IMG/VR virus record: IMGVR_UViG_3300047539_000055
DNA length: 64,000 nt
Direction: 5' to 3' (one strand)
Source: a virus
Taxonomy: Duplodnaviria; Caudoviricetes
In this document: one piece after another, positions 57,278-64,000 of the stretch
Numbering within the stretch: position 1 is the stretch's first letter
How the letters are laid out: each line of letters opens with the position of its first letter
Notes under the pieces: model-generated
What the model was told of the DNA's origin: nothing
The model's input: the letters and a program-made list of their open reading frames with translations, nothing else
The model's database searches: none
Made by a program: the position numbers and the translations under genes

Positions 57278-57700
57278 ATGATTGAGATTTGTACCCTTAT
57301 AGACATTACTCAAACGAAGATTTATCGAAATATTAGGCCACAAGGTTCGACATTATCTCAGGAAGTCTGGGAATTTAAGAGAAATCAAGAACGCAATTGG
57401 AATACTATTATTCAACTGTTAGGTCTAAGATTTCAGCCCGAAGAAATTATTGCACCTGTGCGTTTGGAACACCAACGTCCAGCCGCTTATGGTTTTGGTT
57501 GGTTATATGGCCCGTTGAATGACATAACAGTTTGGAAGTGTAAATGTAGATTTGAACGACCCATAGATTTGTGGTTATTTCGTGCAGATTTTGATTATAT
57601 TCCTGTAGTTACTGGTCTTAATGAATCCATTATTTTTCCAAAATCCTGTTTGGTTTCAATGGGAGAGCATCTAAACATAGTTTTCAAAGAAGTGGACTAA
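57278..57700 (+). CDS. Hypothetical late protein
   Basis: TAAATA 5 nt upstream; TLIDIT...RNQERNWNT. Confidence 0.65.
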   Translation: MIEICTLIDITQTKIYRNIRPQGSTLSQEVWEFKRNQERNWNTIIQLLGLRFQPEEIIAPVRLEHQRPAAYGFGWLYGPLNDITVWKCKCRFERPIDLWLFRADFDYIPVVTGLNESIIFPKSCLVSMGEHLNIVFKEVD

Positions 57701-57745
57701 TTTTTGGTTTTTCCATAAATATAATAGATGCAATAAGGAAAAGAT

Positions 57746-58702
57746 ATGTTTCTTGAAGAATTTGAACATCCCGTTACCACAGTAACAATTCATAATCTTT
57801 TGCGTGAGCATTTTGATTATGAATTGCCAGTTGGAAATTTGACTGTGGAAAAGGCTCAAATTGTCTTAGAAGAAATTTGTATTCGGATTGACAATTTTCG
57901 TAAAAGCAATGATTATTATCTTGGTGAACGTAACGCACGATATTTAAGTATGTTAGCTACAGCAAACTTTTTGACAGAATTTTTGAAAGATAAAGCGGTT
58001 TTGGTTGAAGCCCTGCCAACCAATTCATCTGCATATCATGCTGGTATGGGTAAGGGAATTGCACATGGAGTAGATACTGCTGGATCATTTGTTCCTCATG
58101 TTGCTGGATCGGCCATTGGTGCATTTATGGGTGGTTTGAAAGGACAGGCATTACAATCTGATGCTGGTAGGGTAAAAATTGCCAATGTTGATTTAGAAAA
58201 TGATATGAAAGGATTGAACCCAAAAAATCCAGCACAGGTAAAAGATTTTTTTCAAAAGCAACTCAAAAAACATTTTAGTGAATATGATACTGTTCAACAG
58301 GGTAATATTTTGACTTATATGACTGGGATATATCAGGCTGGTGTAGACAATAAAAATACCTCAGAAAATGATATTGCCGCTGGTTTAAAGACAATTCCAG
58401 GTAATCCGTTTGAAAAAGATATTGACCCTACCAAGCGTAAAGTATTGGTTGATTATTTTTTTAGTATATATAATAAGGCCAAAGGATCAGCAAAAGATTC
58501 TGCGAACCCCCAAGCGAAACCAGAAGATAAAAAAACGCCCCCGACACAAGAAATGCATGATGTGTTATCTGCATTAGAAAATTTAAAATATTCTAAGAAA
58601 GACGCACAAGAGTTAATTTTACAAGTAGTTAATAAAGATCATAAATTAGCAACTGATTTTGATGGGCTTTTTAGGGCCGTTCAAGCGGTAAATAGGAAGT
58701 AA
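57746..58702 (+). CDS. Hypothetical late protein with C-terminal RuvA domain III-like segment
   Basis: DVLSALENLKYSKKDAQELI...DFDGLFRAV. Confidence 0.55.
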   Translation: MFLEEFEHPVTTVTIHNLLREHFDYELPVGNLTVEKAQIVLEEICIRIDNFRKSNDYYLGERNARYLSMLATANFLTEFLKDKAVLVEALPTNSSAYHAGMGKGIAHGVDTAGSFVPHVAGSAIGAFMGGLKGQALQSDAGRVKIANVDLENDMKGLNPKNPAQVKDFFQKQLKKHFSEYDTVQQGNILTYMTGIYQAGVDNKNTSENDIAAGLKTIPGNPFEKDIDPTKRKVLVDYFFSIYNKAKGSAKDSANPQAKPEDKKTPPTQEMHDVLSALENLKYSKKDAQELILQVVNKDHKLATDFDGLFRAVQAVNRK

Positions 58703-58729
58703 CTAAGCTAAATAGATACAAGGTGGAAT

Positions 58730-59914
58730 ATGACTATGAAAAAGAGACTAATTGAACATCCCGTAAAGACATATGCTCGTCAGATGCTTCGCGAGGGTGA
58801 AATTGAAAATGCTGAAGCAGCATTGGCAGCAAAGGATCAAGTTGATCGTTTGCAGGATATGGTTGAAGAACTCGGCAAGATGAACAATGATGAATTGCCA
58901 AAGCTTGTTGACAAGATTCGTGCCAGTTTTGGCTCCGAACAATCAACTGCATATCAACAGGCGGCAAGCGCCGTTCTATCTGAGTTATTGTCCACAGTGA
59001 CAGCAAGTAAAACAACCCTTGAACAAGCTGTGTTAGTGCTTACTGGCGATGCACAGGCGGTTCCAGGCGATAAAACTCAACTTGCGTTGCCTGATGGTAG
59101 CGAAGGTGGCGATGATCTTTCTGGTGAATTTGGATCAGAAGGTGGCCCAGAAGCAAACGCTGCGCCTCCAGCACCCCTTGGTAGAGCGCCACGTCTTCCA
59201 GCCGAAGAATCTCGCAAATTCAATAAGAAGCTAAATGATGCCAAAATCATTGCTTTGAAGGAAGCATTGGACAATACAGATGCCAAAAAGTATCCACTTC
59301 GTGCGCGTAGATTGGCTGAAGAATTGAATCTTGTTGCTACCAAAGCCATCAAGGAAGAAGCAAAGGCAATCAATGTCAAGAAGAATAGCAAGGAATTCTT
59401 GAAGAAAGTAGCACCTAAAAAAAAAGTAAATGAAAATTATACTGAGCGTCTTCGTAAAGTTTATAGTGGTTTTAAAGAATGGGAACAATATGACGATGTG
59501 TATAAGTTAGCTGAACGCTTAGGCTTTGACAGTGCAGAAGAAGCTTGGGACAGGAATCCACTTGTTACTGGATCAAGTGATCCTCGCGATTTTAAAGTCG
59601 TTCCAGAACACAAAATGAAGTATGGCAGCGCTCAGCAATTGAAGGGTCATATTGCCAGAAGAAAGGAAAAGGAAGCTAGTCTTCCATTACAAGATAAACA
59701 GAAGATTACAAAGCCAGCTAGTAAAGGAGATTGGAATGCTCCTAAACGTGAGCAAGATCGTAAGGCGGCACTTAAAGTTGGCGATCCATCCAAATCAAAA
59801 TCAGGAATTGTAAAGAAAGAATTCAAGAAAGCTGGCGTTCCTGTTGGGAAAGATGCGGGTGTAAAGAAATCTAAACCAGAAGATTTGAAGGGTCTACCAT
59901 TTAAGAAGAAATAA
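58730..59914 (+). CDS. Putative head scaffold/core-like protein
   Basis: Coiled-coil N-terminus, Lys-rich tail, TAAATA upstream. Confidence 0.45.
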   Translation: MTMKKRLIEHPVKTYARQMLREGEIENAEAALAAKDQVDRLQDMVEELGKMNNDELPKLVDKIRASFGSEQSTAYQQAASAVLSELLSTVTASKTTLEQAVLVLTGDAQAVPGDKTQLALPDGSEGGDDLSGEFGSEGGPEANAAPPAPLGRAPRLPAEESRKFNKKLNDAKIIALKEALDNTDAKKYPLRARRLAEELNLVATKAIKEEAKAINVKKNSKEFLKKVAPKKKVNENYTERLRKVYSGFKEWEQYDDVYKLAERLGFDSAEEAWDRNPLVTGSSDPRDFKVVPEHKMKYGSAQQLKGHIARRKEKEASLPLQDKQKITKPASKGDWNAPKREQDRKAALKVGDPSKSKSGIVKKEFKKAGVPVGKDAGVKKSKPEDLKGLPFKKK

Positions 59915-59915
59915 A

Positions 59916-60098
59916 ATGACAGAACAAAACGCAAAGATAAAGTCAAAGGTTGAAGATAAAACTCTGTTGCTATTATGTGATCTTCAACCTGTTATTGGAC
60001 GCTTAGATAACGAAACTATGAAACGCATTCAGGGTATGATTTATACTGCGTTTTCTTGTTTAGCTGACGAAATTAGAAATATTGAAGGTCATAGATAA
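59916..60098 (+). CDS. Hypothetical protein
   Basis: ORF track. Confidence 0.5.
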   Translation: MTEQNAKIKSKVEDKTLLLLCDLQPVIGRLDNETMKRIQGMIYTAFSCLADEIRNIEGHR

Positions 60099-60583
60099 TG
60101 CCAAATCCTCTAATCAAAAATTCATTTTTGGCCATTGTTACTCTTTGCAAACACAAGGCAGAAGAAAAGAACCTAAATCCTGTAATCAGTGTTTCTAAAA
60201 TAACAGATATGCTGCGTGCAAGTGGATTGCGTATTACATATCAGCAAATTGTAGACCTGACAAAAGACCCGACGATTGCGCCTTCTATTAAATCAATCAA
60301 TCAAAATCAAATTGAATTTAATTTGGGAGATGAGGAAGCGTCGGCACCAGTAGATTTAGATTTTGATCAAGGACAGGAAGCACCACCAGAGAATGGTGAA
60401 GAGCATGGAGAGGGAAATGGCGAAGAATACAATCCAGACGATTTCTCTTTCCCCGAAGGTGAAGGTCAAGAAGGTCAAGCGCCACAAGAAAATCCTAATG
60501 ATGAAATGGCGAACCAAGGGCAAGGGCCGCAACCGAGTGTTATCTCTGCGATGGCGAAAAGGGCGATGAATCGTCCAGATTAA
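60098..60583 (+). CDS. Hypothetical protein with acidic linker
   Basis: ORF track; ends SAMAKRAM. Confidence 0.65.
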   Translation: MPNPLIKNSFLAIVTLCKHKAEEKNLNPVISVSKITDMLRASGLRITYQQIVDLTKDPTIAPSIKSINQNQIEFNLGDEEASAPVDLDFDQGQEAPPENGEEHGEGNGEEYNPDDFSFPEGEGQEGQAPQENPNDEMANQGQGPQPSVISAMAKRAMNRPD

Positions 60584-60592
60584 TGGTGAGAA

Positions 60593-61021
60593 ATGACCAA
60601 GCAAAAACTTGAACAAGATCAATGGGGTAGAAACGAAGTTTATCTAGCTGAATATAAAAATGTGTCCTATGGAGGACATTGTATCTTTGCAAGTCTTGAT
60701 GCTGCAATTTTTTATGTAATATCTGGTTTAGGTAATTCGGTTGATTGGTCTAAGTTTCCCGATCCTATCAAAAACTATCCTGATGAAGATAGAAATGGAA
60801 CTAACAAGGATCGCACTCCCATATTCATTGTCAAGCAATTTAATTCCAGGGGAGTTGCAGAAGTTAGCGGTTCTGTTACTAAAACGGCTGTAATGGGTGC
60901 ATGGATTGTGGGCAATGGTATTGCAGAAGCAAGTAAAAAATATTTTGCACAGGCTACTGGCCGTGATGTTGTTGAATTATCAGGGATTGGCGACAAGTTA
61001 CAAGGCAAAGTTGGTAAATAG
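60593..61021 (+). CDS. Hypothetical protein
   Basis: ORF track. Confidence 0.6.
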   Translation: MTKQKLEQDQWGRNEVYLAEYKNVSYGGHCIFASLDAAIFYVISGLGNSVDWSKFPDPIKNYPDEDRNGTNKDRTPIFIVKQFNSRGVAEVSGSVTKTAVMGAWIVGNGIAEASKKYFAQATGRDVVELSGIGDKLQGKVGK

Positions 61022-61060
61022 TTCTTGCTTTTTTAAATGGAAGTAGTGTATACTAAACAT

Positions 61061-61750
61061 ATGCTAATTAACAAATTTCCATACCAGAAGTTGAATAGAA
61101 AATCAGTGGACGGTATACGACTATATTCCTGCCCAGATGGGTCTAAACTTCCCAGTGTTACGACAATCCTCTCACAAACTGAAGCCAAAGAAAAAACAAT
61201 TGCTTTAGAAAATTGGAGAAAGCGTGTGGGTCACGTCAATGCGGCGGCTATTACCAAAGCAGCAGGGCAGCGCGGAACCAAAATTCATACTTTTCTTGAA
61301 AATTATATGCGTACCGATTCTCTTGGTGAAATAGGTACTAATCCATTTTCAATTGAAAGTCACACAATGGCAAACCATATTGTTGCCAATGGTTTGAAGG
61401 ATGTAACTGAATTTTATGGAACAGAAGTAAATTTGTATTATCCAGAAATGTATGCTGGTGCTACCGATTGTGTTGGCTTGTATAAAAATGAAATTGCCAT
61501 CTGCGATTTCAAACAAACTAATAAACCAAAAAAGAAAGAATGGATTAATGATTATTGCACGCAGCTTGCAGCATATATTCTTGCGCACGATGTGTTATAT
61601 AATACCACTATCAAATATGGAATCATTATGATGTGTGATCCTACACTAACTTATCAGCAATGGGTGTTGGAAGGTGATGAATTAGAAAAGCATAAGGAAA
61701 TATGGTGGAAAAAATTAGACGAGTATTATACTAAAAAATTTGGGGTGTAG
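61061..61750 (+). CDS. PD-(D/E)XK exonuclease (Cas4/RecB-like)
   Basis: LPSVTTIL, RGT..H, E..L, AG.TD, DFKQ, QLAAY; start 6 nt after TATACT of TTGCTT-18-TATACT. Confidence 0.85.
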   Translation: MLINKFPYQKLNRKSVDGIRLYSCPDGSKLPSVTTILSQTEAKEKTIALENWRKRVGHVNAAAITKAAGQRGTKIHTFLENYMRTDSLGEIGTNPFSIESHTMANHIVANGLKDVTEFYGTEVNLYYPEMYAGATDCVGLYKNEIAICDFKQTNKPKKKEWINDYCTQLAAYILAHDVLYNTTIKYGIIMMCDPTLTYQQWVLEGDELEKHKEIWWKKLDEYYTKKFGV

Positions 61751-61753
61751 CCT

Positions 61754-62176
61754 ATGAATAATCACATTTCTTGGTTGGGAACTCCTGAATCCAGAATCAT
61801 CAGTATTCGGAAATTTAGACAATACATTGACGAGTTGCCGTTTGAAAAGGCCGTTGATTTAACCAGAGAAAATTGGAATTCTGGCCCACGAATAAATAAA
61901 CCACATTTTGATATTGCTAAGGTGGAAGAATGGCCGACTCCTTGGGATTTGTTTAGTCAAAATACATTTTGTGCTAATTCACAAGCGCTTGGATTTTTTT
62001 ATACGCTTGTTCTGAGTGAGCATGGTAAGCAACATGATATCAAACTGGCAATTACTGAAGATATTATTTTCGGTGAACAACCACTTATCATTATGGATAA
62101 TGAACCCATTCAAGATTTGGCCGTATCATGCATGATTGGTCAGAATGACATTAAAAATAAATTAGGAAGGGACTAA
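61754..62176 (+). CDS. Hypothetical phage protein
   Basis: WPTPWDL motif. Confidence 0.65.
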   Translation: MNNHISWLGTPESRIISIRKFRQYIDELPFEKAVDLTRENWNSGPRINKPHFDIAKVEEWPTPWDLFSQNTFCANSQALGFFYTLVLSEHGKQHDIKLAITEDIIFGEQPLIIMDNEPIQDLAVSCMIGQNDIKNKLGRD

Positions 62177-62475
62177 TGAAAGAATTAGATTTAATATCAG
62201 TAAAGTTAGTAACTGGCGAAGAAATTATTTGTAAATTTGTCAAGCAAGATGTCGTTTGTTGGGTTTTAAAGGATGCGCGAACACTGGTTATGATGCCAGA
62301 TGGATTAGTTCGTTTTGGACAAGTTCTATTCTCAGCAGATAAAGATATGGATATTTTTGTACCAGTCACCGCGATTCTTGTTTATAGTGATTATGTACGA
62401 GCCGAGTTTGCGAATGCTTATAATCAAGCAGTAAGTCCATTATCTTTGCCAACAAAGCAAATTCTCAAGGGATAA
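62176..62475 (+). CDS. Small Sm-like-fold hypothetical protein
   Basis: VKLVTGEEIIC motif. Confidence 0.55.
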   Translation: MKELDLISVKLVTGEEIICKFVKQDVVCWVLKDARTLVMMPDGLVRFGQVLFSADKDMDIFVPVTAILVYSDYVRAEFANAYNQAVSPLSLPTKQILKG

Positions 62476-62493
62476 ACGCCACTAAATACTCAT

Positions 62494-64000
62494 ATGGCAA
62501 ACAGTTTATCAGGATTCCAGATCGTTGCGTCAAATGGATTAGTTAACGGCGAAGGTATTGCTCCACCAAATATTACAGCCAATTTGTCTGCATATCAGAC
62601 TTTTGCTCCCGTAGCAAATTTCAGCAATATTTACGCAACATCAAACACCCTTCCATTTGGATTGACTCTAACTAACGCAAATTTGTTGCAGAGCATCGGC
62701 GCAAATAGTTTTCCTCATGTTTTCGGACAAGTTCCAAATGATTTTTCATCCAATTTAGGGAGTGGCCCACTCTTTTCTATCGCTCCTGCCAGAACAACAG
62801 CATGGTTTGGAAATTCTTCCACTGCTAATGTTTATCTGCAAATTCTTGGACAAGCACAAAATTATGCGGCGACCGCACAAGCTGTGGTTGCATCAGCAGC
62901 ATCCACTCAATGGAGTGGAGGACCGGCCGCAAGCGCGACTGGAGGCTTCTCTTCTTTTGCTGGAAATGATCCAACTGCATTTCAAAATGTTGCAAATGTC
63001 ATTGGACAACTTGGAACTCTTATGGTTCCCACTATTCCACAGAATGGATTCAGCAATGCCGATTGCTTCAATAGAATATTGGAAGCAGGAAACGATACCA
63101 TTGGAAATTTGCATCTTACTTTTTTTGGTAATCCCATTATTGATCCAACTACTGGAAATACTTGGGTGATTGGCAGCGAATTATTTTCTTACATATTAGA
63201 TAATCCTGTTGGACTTTCAGAAAATGATACTTTACAAATTGTTGCACTGAATCCTTTTGATGTAGTGCTTGGACAAGCGGCAGACGCCGCCCTTACACAG
63301 ACTGGAGATTTAGATGCGGTAATTACATTCTTTGGTCTTGGTGCCAATGTTGCTCCACAAGTTTATAAATGGACGGATTGTTTGAATATTCCATTGTTGC
63401 TTGGAACAGCGGTCACACAAACAATAAGCAATGCGTTGAATCTTGGCGTTACACCATTAGATGCTTATCATTTTATCAATGGACTCATAACAAATATTCC
63501 TGGTCTAACAAATCTCAATTCAATGACTGCTCTTGGAACAACAATGAATCAGATTGTTCCATTGACTAATTCTCCTGCTTTATTGGCAATGTCAGCGCCA
63601 GTCTCACAGAGTGATTTTGCAAATGTTCAAGCAACTTTTGGTCCTGGTTCTGGTACGAATGGCAATCCAACAGTTGATGATGTTTTGGGTTCTACAAATT
63701 ACAATCAAGCATTGTCAGATACAATCACTGGTTTGACAGCGTTGACTTCATCATCTCACTATGCAAATATTAGTGCTGATACAACCAAGATTTCTTCGGC
63801 ATTGCACACAAATACTTTCCCTGTTACATTGAGTAATGGTTCATCATATTTGAATATTAACACCTTGGCTGCCGGTGGTTCAACATTGGTAAATCAAAAT
63901 GCTTTGAATCTTGCAAATATTGCTCCCTCACTAACAAATACTTCTCTGTTTACGGCATTCAATGGAATTGCTGAAACACATAATAATAGCGCAAGTTTAA
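62494..64000 (+). CDS. Probable virion structural protein (partial, runs off the right edge)
   Basis: Not in ORF track; ATG 5 nt after TAAATA; MANSLSGFQIVASNGL..., A/N/S/T-rich. Confidence 0.65.
   Translation, partial: MANSLSGFQIVASNGLVNGEGIAPPNITANLSAYQTFAPVANFSNIYATSNTLPFGLTLTNANLLQSIGANSFPHVFGQVPNDFSSNLGSGPLFSIAPARTTAWFGNSSTANVYLQILGQAQNYAATAQAVVASAASTQWSGGPAASATGGFSSFAGNDPTAFQNVANVIGQLGTLMVPTIPQNGFSNADCFNRILEAGNDTIGNLHLTFFGNPIIDPTTGNTWVIGSELFSYILDNPVGLSENDTLQIVALNPFDVVLGQAADAALTQTGDLDAVITFFGLGANVAPQVYKWTDCLNIPLLLGTAVTQTISNALNLGVTPLDAYHFINGLITNIPGLTNLNSMTALGTTMNQIVPLTNSPALLAMSAPVSQSDFANVQATFGPGSGTNGNPTVDDVLGSTNYNQALSDTITGLTALTSSSHYANISADTTKISSALHTNTFPVTLSNGSSYLNINTLAAGGSTLVNQNALNLANIAPSLTNTSLFTAFNGIAETHNNSASL

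Noticed and set aside
62762-63569. Short ORFs near the right edge
   Set aside because: They lie within the long ORF starting at 62494 that runs off the window.
1-64000. Stop-codon reassignment as the cause of the many short ORFs
   Set aside because: Core genes are full length in the standard code, and successive small genes change frame at the overlaps.
1-64000. tRNA, rRNA or group I intron
   Set aside because: Intergenic spaces are short and I saw no cloverleaf or interrupted core gene; tRNAscan-SE/Infernal would be needed to exclude them.

Overview
AT-rich segment of a large T4-like tailed-phage (Caudoviricetes, myovirus-type) genome using the standard genetic code. Core genes: baseplate genes (hub-like, gp53-like, gp5-like with a lysozyme-like C-terminus, a large Ig-like wedge), gp55-like late sigma factor, gp47/gp46 nuclease, clamp loader, dUTPase, GroES, PhoH, an exonuclease, a C5 methyltransferase, three homing-type endonucleases and several glycosyl-/methyltransferases. 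The most unusual feature is about 37 small (60-85 aa) paralogs in three arrays plus one solo copy. They have conserved ends (MTDKEFVLxIYPDA ... AWxxAxxxIxxEMLRKLES), hypervariable middles, and are chained by a recurring coding junction (AAGTTGGAATCATGA, stop/start overlap). The same junction and C-terminal tail also end unrelated membrane proteins and a second small family, which suggests a modular cassette system or a shared C-terminal tag. Two arrays face away from a divergent sigma70 promoter pair, and one carries infA. All product calls come from motif recognition by eye; no database searches were run.
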